Shown here: piece after piece, positions 1-9,577 of the stretch
How positions within the stretch are numbered: the stretch's first letter is position 1
How the letters are laid out: every line of letters begins with the position of its first letter
Origin: Thermodesulfobacteriota bacterium
Lineage (GTDB): Bacteria; Desulfobacterota; Desulfobacteria; Desulfobacterales; SURF-7
Length of the DNA stretch: 64,000 nt
Direction of reading: 5' to 3'
Assembly (NCBI GenBank): GCA_049320885.1
Contig: JBMORA010000027.1
Coordinates: forward strand, 32,001 to 96,000
The notes under the pieces: model-generated
Database searches by the model: none
Seen by the model: only the letters and a program-made list of their open reading frames with translations
What the model was told of the DNA's origin: nothing
Made by a program: the position numbers and the translations under genes

Positions 1-333
1 GCAAGGGGTCCTGTGCGGGCGGATGAGGCTCTGCGGGAAGGACGGGCCGCGGCCATGCGGGCCATGCGCTTGCTGTGCCGCGATACATTGCGGGAATCCG
101 TCGTGACGGCCCGGGTCCGCCCGGCCCTGTGTTCCGCCTGCGAGGCATGCATCCCGGTTTGCGCCTATCACGCCCGCTATGTGGACAAGAATGCGGGGCA
201 TGTGATGGTGGACCCGGCCGCCTGTCAGGGCTGCGGGGCCTGCGCGGCCGTCTGTCCCAACAATGCTGCCGTCCTGGGCGGCCTGGAAACCAGGGGAATC
301 ATGGAAGCGATCGGGGCGGCGTTGGAAACGTGA
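1..333 (+). CDS. C-terminal part of an HdrA-like flavoprotein/polyferredoxin (partial, runs off window start)
   Basis: Two CxxCxxCxxxC ferredoxin motifs (CSACEACIPVC, CQGCGACAAVCP) after an HdrA-like 'GP...G.AAA.RA' segment; frame open to position 1. Confidence 0.7.
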   Translation, partial: ARGPVRADEALREGRAAAMRAMRLLCRDTLRESVVTARVRPALCSACEACIPVCAYHARYVDKNAGHVMVDPAACQGCGACAAVCPNNAAVLGGLETRGIMEAIGAALET

Positions 334-339
334 TGGGAA

Positions 340-382
340 AATTACGAATTAGGAATTACGAATTACGAATGGTGGATGGGGA
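340..382 (+). repeat. AATTACG heptamer tandem repeat with GGATGGGGA tail, copy 1
   Basis: aattacg aattagg aattacg aattacg aat ggt ggatgggga, just after a stop codon; near-identical copy at 8650-8692. Confidence 0.8.
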
Positions 383-448
383 GCATTCATTATATAAAAA
401 ATCGGCCCACTGCCAAGTGTGGGAATAATCCGGATGGGAACAACTGAA

Positions 449-1660
449 ATGGAAGGTATCAAAGAAACGGCCCCGCTGCGGCCGGGGGGCTTCACGCCGT
501 CGCTGTGCATGGCCTGCGGGACCTGCGCCGCAGGATGTCCCATCACCGGCAGGGAAGGATTCGACCCCAGAAAAATCGTGCGGCTGGTGCTGCTGGGGCG
601 GGATCGGGAACTGGTGGACTCGGATCTGCCGTGGCTCTGCACCATGTGCGGCAAATGCGAGCATGCCTGCCCCATGGGGGTGAATATCGTCCATATCGTG
701 CGCCGGGCCAGGGGGCTGAGGGATCGCGACAAGGTCCCGGGTCAAATTCACAAAGGGGTGGAATTGTGCCTGAAAACCGGCAACAACCTCGGGCTGCCGG
801 CGGAGGATTTCCAGTTCATCATCGGCGACGTGGCCGACGAACTGGCCGGGGAGGAAGGCTTCGAGGGATTTTCCATCACCTTCGACAAACAGGGCGCCAA
901 CCTGCTCCACACCCTGCACAACAAACTGGTCAATACGCAAAACGAGGATCTGGTGCACTGGTGGAAGATTTTCCACGCCGCCGGCGAGGATTTTACCATT
1001 CCCAGCGAGAACTGGGAAGGGGTCAACTGGGGGCTGTTTTCCGGCGACGACGAGGCCATGAAAACCATCGTGGGCCGGATCGTCGCGCACATGGACCGGC
1101 TCCAAATCCGAAACCTCATGTATCCGGAATGAGGGCACGCCTACCTGGCGACCCGGTACGGGTTGCTGACTTGGTATCCGGACTTTTTCGACCGTCACCA
1201 GGCCTTGACGGTTTTCGATCTGCTGACGGACTATCTGGGTTCCGGCCGCATCCGGGTGGATAAAAGCGTCTACTGCGGGCGGGCCGCGTATCACGATCCC
1301 TGCAATTATTGCCGCAAGTCCGAGGAACTCTTCGGCCATGGTTACTACGAGGAACCCCGCCGGATTCTCGATCAGGTCCTGACGGACTGGGTCGACCTGT
1401 ATCCTTCAGGGGCCAATCAGTACTGCTGCGGCGGCGGGGGAGGAACCCTACTGACCCCGTTCCAGGAAACCCGGATGCATTACGGCCGTCGGAAAATAGA
1501 GCAGATCCGGCGCAGCGGGGCCGAAATGATCGTGCTTCCCTGCCACAGCTGTCACGGCCAGATCAAGGCCCTGCTGGCCGAGCACGGCATGGCGGATATC
1601 GCGGTCAAGTATTTATGGGAAGTTGTGGCCGACAGCCTTGTGATGGAGGAAAATGCCTGA
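449..1660 (+). CDS. HdrC/HdrD-like (Fe-S)-binding CCG-domain protein with probable selenocysteine (UGA 1130-1132)
   Basis: ORFs 419-1132 and 1163-1660 are in the same frame; readthrough gives YPE-U-GHAY, matching the usual 'ECGH' motif. N-terminal 4Fe-4S motifs, then YHDPC, CCGGGGG and PCHSC. Start could be 434. Confidence 0.8.
1148..1166 (+). promoter_or_regulatory. Candidate bacterial SECIS hairpin
   Basis: GCGACCCG-GTA-CGGGTTGC stem-loop starting 15 nt after the in-frame UGA, with G in the apical loop. Confidence 0.65.
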
Positions 1661-3059
1661 CACCCACCCCAAAAAGATCAAACCAGCCGTCGAACGGCGA
1701 AGAACCGCGGATTCCACGGCCATCATCCTGGAAAGCATTTCCGACGGCGTTTTCACCGTGGACGGCGACTGGCGAATCATGACGTTCAACCGGGCCGCGG
1801 AGGAAATCACCGGCACTCCCCGGGAAGAGGCTGTCGGCAAACTCTGCTCCGAGGTATTCCGGGCCAGCATGTGCGAAGAGGACTGCGCGTTGAAGCGCAC
1901 CATGGAGACCGGCGTCCCGGTGATCAACAAGTCGGCCTTCATCGTCGATGCGGACGGGCGCCGCATCCCCATCAGCGTATCCACGGCGCTGTTGCGCAAT
2001 GCGGGCGGGGAAATCCTGGGCGGGGCCGAGACCTTCCGCGATCTCAGTATCGTGGAAGAGCTTCGCAAGGAGCTGAAGGGCCGGTTTCAGGCTGGTGATC
2101 TGGTCAGCCGCAGCATTTCCATGCGCCGGTTGTTCGACCTCCTGCCCATGCTGGCGGCCAGCGACAGCACGGTCCTGATTCAGGGTGAAACCGGCACCGG
2201 CAAGGAGTTTGTGGCCCGGACCATCCACAACCAGGGGCCGAGACGCGACAAACCGTTTATCGCGGTGAACTGCGGGGCCCTGCCGGATACCCTCCTGGAG
2301 TCGGAATTGTTCGGATACAAGGCCGGGGCGTTTACCGGCGCGGCCAAGGACAAGCCCGGCCGCTTTCAGGTCGCGGCAGGGGGCACGCTGTTTCTGGATG
2401 AAATTGGTGAAATCAGTCCGGCTCTTCAGGTGCGCCTGTTGCGCGTACTCCAGGAAAAAACCTTCGAACCCCTGGGGGGGAACACACCGGTGAATGCGGA
2501 TGTCCGCATCATCGCCGCCACCCACCAGGATTTGGCGTCCCGGGTCAAGAAGGGCACCTTCCGTCAGGACTTGTTTTACCGGATCAATGTCGTGAAACTG
2601 GATTTGCCGCCCCTGCGGAAACGCAGGGAGGACATCCCCCTGTTGATCGAGCATTTCATCGCGCGTTTCAACCGGCTGCAAAACAAAGCCGTGGAAGGGA
2701 TATCTCCGGAGGTAACTTCCCTGCTGATGGCCTATGACTATCCCGGCAACATCCGTGAACTCGAGAACCTCATCGAACACGCGTTTATCCTGTGCGGCGA
2801 AGGTGTTATCGAAACCTGCCACTTCCCGGAAGAATTCATGACGCGATCGCCGCAGCAGAAAACAGTCACCAATATGGACGGCGCCTTGAAGGCCGTGGAA
2901 GCCCAGACGATACTGGAAGCGCTGAAACGAAACCGGTATAATCGGTTGGCCGCGGCAAAGGAACTCGGCATTCACAAGAGCACCCTTTTCCGGAAGGTAA
3001 AGTCCCTGGGCATCGGGCTTCCATCCCAGGATGGCCGTTCCTCGCGGAGGAACGGCTGA
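1653..3059 (+). CDS. PAS-domain sigma-54-dependent transcriptional activator (AAA+, Fis-type HTH)
   Basis: GETGTGKE Walker A, ELFGY..GAFTGA, FLDEIGE, YPGNIREL and C-terminal HTH; N-terminal PAS. Confidence 0.93.
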   Translation: MPDTHPKKIKPAVERRRTADSTAIILESISDGVFTVDGDWRIMTFNRAAEEITGTPREEAVGKLCSEVFRASMCEEDCALKRTMETGVPVINKSAFIVDADGRRIPISVSTALLRNAGGEILGGAETFRDLSIVEELRKELKGRFQAGDLVSRSISMRRLFDLLPMLAASDSTVLIQGETGTGKEFVARTIHNQGPRRDKPFIAVNCGALPDTLLESELFGYKAGAFTGAAKDKPGRFQVAAGGTLFLDEIGEISPALQVRLLRVLQEKTFEPLGGNTPVNADVRIIAATHQDLASRVKKGTFRQDLFYRINVVKLDLPPLRKRREDIPLLIEHFIARFNRLQNKAVEGISPEVTSLLMAYDYPGNIRELENLIEHAFILCGEGVIETCHFPEEFMTRSPQQKTVTNMDGALKAVEAQTILEALKRNRYNRLAAAKELGIHKSTLFRKVKSLGIGLPSQDGRSSRRNG

Positions 3060-3144
3060 GGAAAGCCATGATCCGGGGGAACTTCCCCCGGTTTTTGCAG
3101 GCATCGCCAACAACCATGAATTACAAACAAAAAGGATTCGAAAC

Positions 3145-3525
3145 ATGAAGATTGCATTCCCCGTGGAGACCGATAACGGGATGGAAAGTATCGTCTACGG
3201 GCATTTTGGAACCGCCCGTTTTTTTATTCTGATTGACCCGGACAAGCCGGAGCCCGAAGTGCTGCCCAACCAGGACCTGAACCATTCCCATGGGAAATGT
3301 CAACCGATCCTCGCCCTGGGGGGAAGAAAGGTGGACGCCGTGGTGGTGGGCGGCATTGGCGGCGGGGCGTTGCGCAAATTGAGCCAGGAAGGCATCACCG
3401 TTTTCCGGGCCGTGGAGGGAACGGTGGCCGACAACCTGGCCCTGATCCGATCGGGAAAGCTGCCCCGATTCTCCATGGACCAGACCTGCGCCGGACACAC
3501 CACCATCGGCGGATGCAGTCACTGA
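3145..3525 (+). CDS. NifB/NifX-family (FeMo-cofactor-binding domain) protein
   Basis: MKIAFP...HFG.A..F, 'VDAVVVGGIGGGA' pattern; ATG at 3145 after AAGGA. Confidence 0.85.
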   Translation: MKIAFPVETDNGMESIVYGHFGTARFFILIDPDKPEPEVLPNQDLNHSHGKCQPILALGGRKVDAVVVGGIGGGALRKLSQEGITVFRAVEGTVADNLALIRSGKLPRFSMDQTCAGHTTIGGCSH

Positions 3526-3754
3526 TCAGTACCACCCATCGACGCTCCACACCCCTCGAGGCCGGGGTCGACAGGGTCGCGCAAATGCACCGTCAGCGAA
3601 GGGCTACCGTGGCATTGGGACGATTTTCCCGTTGCTCTTTCCAGCGGCAGGGAGGCCTCGGTCTCTCCGGACCGCCATTCACGGGGCCGCTGGAACGGCC
3701 ATTGGTATGAATCAACGGCGAGCCCATGATATTCCGGTTGTTTCCGGTGGATTC

Positions 3755-3769
3755 TGGCATGCTTCCTGC
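3755..3769 (+). promoter_or_regulatory. Sigma-54 (-24/-12) promoter
   Basis: TGGCATGCTTCCTGC = GG-N10-GC, about 20 nt upstream of GGAGG/ATG of the next gene and near a sigma-54 activator gene. Confidence 0.7.
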
Positions 3770-3789
3770 GCTACTGAATGTCGGAGGTC

Positions 3790-4176
3790 ATGGGTATGCG
3801 AATAGCCATCACGTTCTTGAATGAGCGGATTTCACCGGTTTTCGATGTCGCCCGCAATCTGCTGGTGCTGGATATGCAGGAAGGCGCGGTTGTCAGCGAA
3901 CGGCGTGAACGCTTTGTCAGCGACCAGCCGCCCCGGAAAGCCGCCCTCCTTGCCGCGCTGGAGGTCCGGACCCTGATCTGCGGGGCCATTTCTAAGCCCA
4001 TGGCCGGATTGATCGGGACTTACGGCATTGCCATCATTCCCTTCATTGCCGGTAACGTGCAGGAAGTCATCGACGCCTACCTCTCCGGCAGACTGCCCGA
4101 TGCGGCGTTCGCCATGCCGGGATGCAGCCGGCCCAGACGCATGCACCGGGGAAGACGGCGGCAGAGGGCGCTGTAA
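3790..4176 (+). CDS. NifB/NifX-family protein
   Basis: RISPVFDVA...LICGAIS...F.MPGC motifs with Arg-rich tail; GGAGG RBS at 3783-3787. Confidence 0.82.
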   Translation: MGMRIAITFLNERISPVFDVARNLLVLDMQEGAVVSERRERFVSDQPPRKAALLAALEVRTLICGAISKPMAGLIGTYGIAIIPFIAGNVQEVIDAYLSGRLPDAAFAMPGCSRPRRMHRGRRRQRAL

Positions 4177-4186
4177 TGGAAAACCG

Positions 4187-5686
4187 CTATTTCAACAATT
4201 CGATTTCACCGGGTCTCCAGGTCCTGTCAAACCAGGGTTCGAGGGGCTGATAGAGTCTCAGGATCAGCCAGAAGCCCTTTCCGGGAATGGTCTTGATCCA
4301 GTTTTTTTTCTTGTTTTTCGGCGCCTTGGGTCCGAAATAGATGTTGATGGAGCCGTCCTTGGCGGTCATCGGCGGGGCAGGCAGGCTGCTCACGCCGGGA
4401 AACGCCTGGCTTGTCTGCAGCATGCTGCGGGTCTGGGGATCGTAGGCGACGACGGACCAGTGCCCCTTCACCGGAACGGACGGCGGGAGCGTCAGCTTGT
4501 ATTTTTTGCCTCCGTCCAGATAATTCCCCTCCGAATCCAGCGAATTGACGGCCCGCTGCCAGCCTTTGCCAACGGTCTTTTCAGCCATGACCGGGGTGAT
4601 GAAATTGTGTCCGTAGTGAAACAGCGTGCGGGCATCCAGATCCCGTACGCCGTTGCGCAGGAATTCGTGGCTGTCGCCGATGAAATACTTCGCCCAGGTG
4701 GATTCTCCCGGATAGAGCCAGGCTTCGCTGTCCCTGGGGCGGAATATAATGGTCCGGGCCGTGGCGTTGCCCACCGCCACGGCTTCCTCCAGGATACGCT
4801 GCATGCGTTCATCCGGATTGAACGGAAATCCTTTTTTGATCCCGATGGCGGCCAAAAGTCCCAGCAGTTCCGGATCAAGGGAACCGGGCGGCTCCTCCTG
4901 GACGATGGCGTTGACTTCCGCATAAAACCCGATGTCGTTGGCATGCACGGTGTTGACGGTTTTGCCGGAGCCGTTCACAAAACGGGTTTTGGTTGCCTCC
5001 CCCCCCTTGGCCAGTTCATGGATTTTCATTTTTTTACGGAAATTCTGAACCACCGGTTTGAGTTTCCCGTTCTTCGGAAACCCCTGAATCAAGAGACAGA
5101 CGCCATGGGTCCGGGCACGGACCGTGAAATAGCCGGCGGGCGGCTTGGCCTTGTAATCGGGCGGCAGAATCACATATTTCCCGCCCTTGCCCTTATCCGG
5201 ACCGAAGTCGCCGATATCCGTGACATGGCGCGACCAGGCGTCGTTGAGGACGCCGACCGTATTGGGCGGGGATGAAAGCACCATGGGGCCTTTCCGGAGG
5301 TCGAGCCACGCCAGAGCGGTGACGGTCTCCGGATTTGCCCCGAGGAGAATCGTATTCGGGTGAATCCGGTTTTCGAACAACAGAACCTGTCCGTCTTCGG
5401 CTCCGGCTTGGCGGATGCCCTTGTGCAAGGCGGCCAGGGATGCTCCCTGGCAGGTGTTCAGGAATACTTCCACTCCGCGCATGAAATCCAGGTTTTCATA
5501 CACTTTTCTGGCGGTTTCCTGGGAGGGGAAACCGTCGTTGAACTCCAGTTTGCCGATCCGGGTTTTGACCTTTTCGGGGGTCTGGATCGACTGCGGGATC
5601 TCGGTCAGGGCCTGTCCGGTAAAAAAGAGCAGCAGGATCACGGCGAGCGCCGCCGCCCAGCTTCTAATTCTGGTTCGTGTTGCCAC
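4187..5686 (-). CDS. Exported DUF1254/DUF1214-type protein
   Basis: N-terminal hydrophobic signal; motifs GPDKGKGGKY, LDGGKKYKLTLP, WSVVAYD, WIKTIPGKGF..ILRLY; GTG start at 5686 after AAGGGA. Confidence 0.8.
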   Translation of the reverse strand: MATRTRIRSWAAALAVILLLFFTGQALTEIPQSIQTPEKVKTRIGKLEFNDGFPSQETARKVYENLDFMRGVEVFLNTCQGASLAALHKGIRQAGAEDGQVLLFENRIHPNTILLGANPETVTALAWLDLRKGPMVLSSPPNTVGVLNDAWSRHVTDIGDFGPDKGKGGKYVILPPDYKAKPPAGYFTVRARTHGVCLLIQGFPKNGKLKPVVQNFRKKMKIHELAKGGEATKTRFVNGSGKTVNTVHANDIGFYAEVNAIVQEEPPGSLDPELLGLLAAIGIKKGFPFNPDERMQRILEEAVAVGNATARTIIFRPRDSEAWLYPGESTWAKYFIGDSHEFLRNGVRDLDARTLFHYGHNFITPVMAEKTVGKGWQRAVNSLDSEGNYLDGGKKYKLTLPPSVPVKGHWSVVAYDPQTRSMLQTSQAFPGVSSLPAPPMTAKDGSINIYFGPKAPKNKKKNWIKTIPGKGFWLILRLYQPLEPWFDRTWRPGEIELLK

Positions 5687-5930
5687 GGGGTCTATCCCTT
5701 TTCGGTTCGGTTTCGCAGGATGCGCCATCCGTCCGGAAGGCATTTCCAAACCCGGCGCATCAACCTGAGCCTCATACCACAATACAGCGAGATCTTCAAA
5801 TAATACTGTGATGATCCAACGAAACCTTTGACAGATCATGGATATCGTGCAAATATAATAGAATCCAAAATGATATCAGAGAGGTAAACACTTGCAGACA
5901 CGCGAACACACCATCGGCTGGAGGAAACGG

Positions 5931-7184
5931 ATGACCATGAAGGATGTGCTGGGGTTGATCATGGGCGGCGGTCAGGGGGCGCGCCTGTATCCGCTGACCA
6001 AGATGCGCGCCAAACCCGCCGTGCCCCTGGCGGGCAAATACCGCCTGATCGATATTCCCATCAGCAACTGCCTGAATGCCGGCATCGATAAAATCGCCAT
6101 TTTGACACAGTTCAACTCGGTCTCCCTTCACCGCCATATCCAGCAGACCTATGCCCGGGACATGTTTTCCGGCGGCTGGGTGCAAATCCTGGCCGCCGAG
6201 CAGACCCCCGAGAGCGCCAACTGGTACCAGGGAACGGCGGACGCCGTCCGCAAGCAATTACTGGAAATCAGGGCCGCCCGCACCAAATATGTCCTGATTC
6301 TGGCGGGCGATCATCTGTACAACATGGATTACCGGGAATTTGTCCGGCATCATATCGACACCCGGGCCGATATCACCATGGCGGTCCAGCCGGTGGGGGT
6401 TGAGCTGGCCCCGGGCCTGGGAATCCTGAAATGCGACGCCGGCGGGCGGATTCGCGATTTCATCGAAAAACCGCGCCCGGAGATTCTTCCGGGCCTGGCC
6501 AGCACGGACGACCCGGAAACCCCGTTTCTGGCATCCATGGGAATTTACGTGTTTCACACGGATCTGCTGCTGGAAATATTGAAGGCCGAGGGGGACGATT
6601 TCGGCAAGCACATCATTCCCGGTATGATCGCCGGCTACCGGGTGATGGGGTATGTGTATGACGGTTATTGGGCGGATATCGGCACCATCCGCCGTTTTTA
6701 CGAAGTGAACCTGGAAATGGCTTCGCCGGAACGCCCCTTCGATTTCTACAGCCCCGACCGGCCGGTCTACAGCCGCGCCCGCTCCCTGCCGGCGTCCGAG
6801 GTTCACGGGGCCTGGTTGAGACATGCCCTGCTGGCCGACGGCTGCCGGGTGGAGAAAGCGGAGATCACCCAATCGGTCATCGGTCTGCGCTGCCTCATCG
6901 GGGAAGAAGCCGTGATCCGTTCCTCCATCATCATGGGGGCGGACTACTATGAAACCGCGATCGACCGGGTAGAGAACAGGCGGCTGGGGCGACCCGACAT
7001 CGGCATCGGCCGGGGGGCTCATCTGGAAGCCGCCATCATCGACAAGAATGCCCGCATCGGGCAGCATGTGCGCATCCGCCATCTGCCGGACCGGCCGGAT
7101 ATGGAAACCGAAAACTGGGCGGCCCGGGATGGCTTGGTGGTGGTGCTCAAGGACGCCGTCATTGCGGATCATACCGTGATTTGA
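5931..7184 (+). CDS. glgC: Glucose-1-phosphate adenylyltransferase
   Basis: GGGQGARLYPLTKMRAKPAVP, WYQGTADAV, ASMGIYVF, YWADIGT. Confidence 0.95.
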   Translation: MTMKDVLGLIMGGGQGARLYPLTKMRAKPAVPLAGKYRLIDIPISNCLNAGIDKIAILTQFNSVSLHRHIQQTYARDMFSGGWVQILAAEQTPESANWYQGTADAVRKQLLEIRAARTKYVLILAGDHLYNMDYREFVRHHIDTRADITMAVQPVGVELAPGLGILKCDAGGRIRDFIEKPRPEILPGLASTDDPETPFLASMGIYVFHTDLLLEILKAEGDDFGKHIIPGMIAGYRVMGYVYDGYWADIGTIRRFYEVNLEMASPERPFDFYSPDRPVYSRARSLPASEVHGAWLRHALLADGCRVEKAEITQSVIGLRCLIGEEAVIRSSIIMGADYYETAIDRVENRRLGRPDIGIGRGAHLEAAIIDKNARIGQHVRIRHLPDRPDMETENWAARDGLVVVLKDAVIADHTVI

Positions 7185-7208
7185 CATACGAACCAGTTGG
7201 GGATCGGG

Positions 7209-8648
7209 ATGAAAATCGTATATGTTTCTCCGGAAATCGCGCCTTTTTCCAAGACCGGAGGCCTGGCCGACGTGGCCCAGGCCCTGCCCAAGGCCCTGCG
7301 GGCCCTGGGGCACGACGTCCGCAGCGTCATGCCCAAATATCCTTCCGTGACGCGAATCCGTGCGGTCCTGGAACCCGCGGCCGCTTTTCCCGTGGTCATG
7401 CACAACGGCCTCCAGTCCGCCGTTGCATGGCAAAGCGATAACGGCGGCGTGCCCATTTATTTCATCGAAAACGAGGTGTATTTCAACCGCGACGGCAATT
7501 ACGGCCTCGGCAACTGGGATTACCCCGACAACCTGGAACGCTTTGTCTTTTTCTGCAAGGCCGTTCTGGAACTCTGCAAAGCCATGGATTTCCGGCCGGA
7601 TGTGATCCACTGCAACGACTGGCAGACCGCGCCGCTGCCGGCCCTCCTGAAATTGGTGTATCGCCAATACCGGAGCGATTCCTTCTTCACCGACAGTCCC
7701 TGCCGGGTGGTTTTCTCGATTCACAATATCGCCTATCAGGGGCTTTTCCCCCAGGAGCAATGGCCGGTATTGACCATACCCCGCGGCTATTACGTCAACG
7801 ACTTCGAATATTACGGCCGGATCAATCTCATGAAAAGCGCCATCATCCATGCGGACAAGATCCATACCGTGAGCGAGACCTACGCCCGCGAAATCCAGAC
7901 CACCGAATTCGGCTTCGGTCTCCAGGGGGTGCTCTGGAACCGCCGGGAGGATCTGCGGGGAATTCTCAACGGAGCGGATTACCAGGAATGGGACCCGGCC
8001 GTGGATCCCCACACCTACGGCATCCGCTATTCCGCGGACGACATGGGCGGCAAGCGCCTCATCAAGTCCCGCCTGCTGGCGGATTACGGTCTGCCGGAAC
8101 GGGACGGCGTTCCCCTCATCGGCATGACCACCCGTTTCGTGGCCCAGAAGGGGCTCGACCTGTTGACCGCCTGCGCCGAGGGGATTCTGCACCTGGATAC
8201 CCGGCTGATCGTCCTGGGCGAGGGGGAGCACCGGTATCATGATTTTTTTGAATGGCTGCTGCGAACGCATCCGGACCGGGTGGGGTTGTACATCGGTTAC
8301 AACGATGAGCTGGCCCACCGGATCCAGGCCGGCGCCGACATGTTTCTCATGCCGTCGCATTTTGAACCCTGCGGTCTGACCCAGATCTACAGTTTGAAAT
8401 ACGGCACCCTGCCCATCGTCCGGCTGACCGGTGGACTGGCCGACACCATCCAGGACGGTGTCAACGGCTTCACCTTCTTCGACTACCACCCCCATTTCTT
8501 GTATGAGACGGTCCGGCGGGCCTGCGACACCTACCGGAACCGTCCGGATCAATGGGAAGGGATGATGCGGACCGCCATGGGGCAGGATTTTTCCTGGCGG
8601 CGGTCGGCGGAGAAAATTGTGGCGCTGTACGGAGAGGGCAAGAATTGA
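7209..8648 (+). CDS. glgA: Glycogen synthase
   Basis: KTGGLADV, HCNDWQT, HNIAYQG, PSHFEPCGLTQ; downstream of glgC. Confidence 0.95.
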   Translation: MKIVYVSPEIAPFSKTGGLADVAQALPKALRALGHDVRSVMPKYPSVTRIRAVLEPAAAFPVVMHNGLQSAVAWQSDNGGVPIYFIENEVYFNRDGNYGLGNWDYPDNLERFVFFCKAVLELCKAMDFRPDVIHCNDWQTAPLPALLKLVYRQYRSDSFFTDSPCRVVFSIHNIAYQGLFPQEQWPVLTIPRGYYVNDFEYYGRINLMKSAIIHADKIHTVSETYAREIQTTEFGFGLQGVLWNRREDLRGILNGADYQEWDPAVDPHTYGIRYSADDMGGKRLIKSRLLADYGLPERDGVPLIGMTTRFVAQKGLDLLTACAEGILHLDTRLIVLGEGEHRYHDFFEWLLRTHPDRVGLYIGYNDELAHRIQAGADMFLMPSHFEPCGLTQIYSLKYGTLPIVRLTGGLADTIQDGVNGFTFFDYHPHFLYETVRRACDTYRNRPDQWEGMMRTAMGQDFSWRRSAEKIVALYGEGKN

Positions 8649-8649
8649 C

Positions 8650-8692
8650 AATGAGGAATTACGAATTACGAATTACGAATGAAGGATGGGGA
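8650..8692 (+). repeat. AATTACG heptamer tandem repeat with GGATGGGGA tail, copy 2
   Basis: aatgagg aattacg x3 aat gaa ggatgggga immediately after the glgA stop. Confidence 0.8.
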
Positions 8693-8753
8693 TCAATAAG
8701 ATAAGACGACAACCTAAAACCGGTCAACTGATCAACCGGACGATGGGAGTGCG

Positions 8754-9518
8754 ATGTTTATCGTCAAAAAAATCATTACGGCGTTTGTGCTGCCTCCGGG
8801 GCTGATTATCCTGGCCCTGCTGATCGTCGGCGGGAGACTGATACGGAAAAAACAAAGCCGGGCCGCGGGGGGGTTAGTCCTTTTTCTGGGGCTTCTGCTG
8901 TGGGCCGCATCCGTATCCCCGGTGTCCGACCATCTGGTCCGGGGGCTCGAGGAGGGGCAGGCCATTCCGCGGCAGGTCGGCGGGGACGTGATCATTCTGC
9001 TGGGAGGCGCCAATATCGATGAAGCGCTGGATATGACCGGCAAGGGATTCCCGGGCGGCGACACGCTGGCGCGGATGGTGACGGCGGTGCGGTTGCAGCG
9101 GCGCCTGGATATTCCGGTGCTCATCGCCAGCGGCCGGGTGTTTCCGGACAGAATGGCCGGCGCGCTGGTGGTCAAGCGCCTGATGATGGATCTGGGAGTT
9201 CCCGCAGAGCGGATTTTCCTGGAGGAGAAAAGCCGGGACACCCTGGAAAACGCCTTTTACAGCATCGAGATTTGCCGGGAACATGGCTGGCGGGAGCCTG
9301 TCCTGCTGACCTCGTCGGCGCATATGAAGCGGTCCGTGATGCTCTTCGAGCGTTACGGCCTGAAAACAACGCCATACCCGGCCTATCTCGTAGCCGGCGA
9401 ACCCGTCGTCCATCGCTGGCGCGATTACCTGCCAAGAGCCGACGCCCTGGCCGAAACCGCGGCGGCCCTCCATGAATATCTGGGGATTGTATATTATCGT
9501 CTGGTGCACCGGTCATGA
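8754..9518 (+). CDS. YdcF/ElyC (DUF218) family membrane protein
   Basis: N-terminal TM helices; IILLGG, EEKSRDTLENA, LTSSAHMKRS, LHEYLG. Confidence 0.88.
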   Translation: MFIVKKIITAFVLPPGLIILALLIVGGRLIRKKQSRAAGGLVLFLGLLLWAASVSPVSDHLVRGLEEGQAIPRQVGGDVIILLGGANIDEALDMTGKGFPGGDTLARMVTAVRLQRRLDIPVLIASGRVFPDRMAGALVVKRLMMDLGVPAERIFLEEKSRDTLENAFYSIEICREHGWREPVLLTSSAHMKRSVMLFERYGLKTTPYPAYLVAGEPVVHRWRDYLPRADALAETAAALHEYLGIVYYRLVHRS

Positions 9519-9519
9519 T

Positions 9520-9550
9520 CCCGGCGGCCTGTTCTCTCCGGCCGCCGGGC
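9520..9550. terminator. GC-rich hairpin between convergent genes
   Basis: cccggcggcc-N-ggccgccggg inverted repeat; no strong U-tract. Confidence 0.4.
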
Positions 9551-9577
9551 CTTGGTTATTGACGGACCTCGGCGTCT

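Noticed and set aside
1130..1132. Nonsense mutation or pseudogene reading of the in-frame TGA
   Set aside because: It sits at a Cys-motif position, has a downstream hairpin, and selB is present; selenocysteine fits better.
5828..5859. TTGACA...TATAAT promoter for glgC
   Set aside because: The spacing is 20 nt, too long for a confident sigma-70 call.
6258..8651. 797-aa minus-strand ORF, and similar long ORFs at 10590-12752, 47519-49474 and 52726-54969
   Set aside because: Antisense shadows of well-supported genes (glgC/glgA, selB, ThDP enzyme, GGDEF) in GC-rich DNA; no recognisable motifs.
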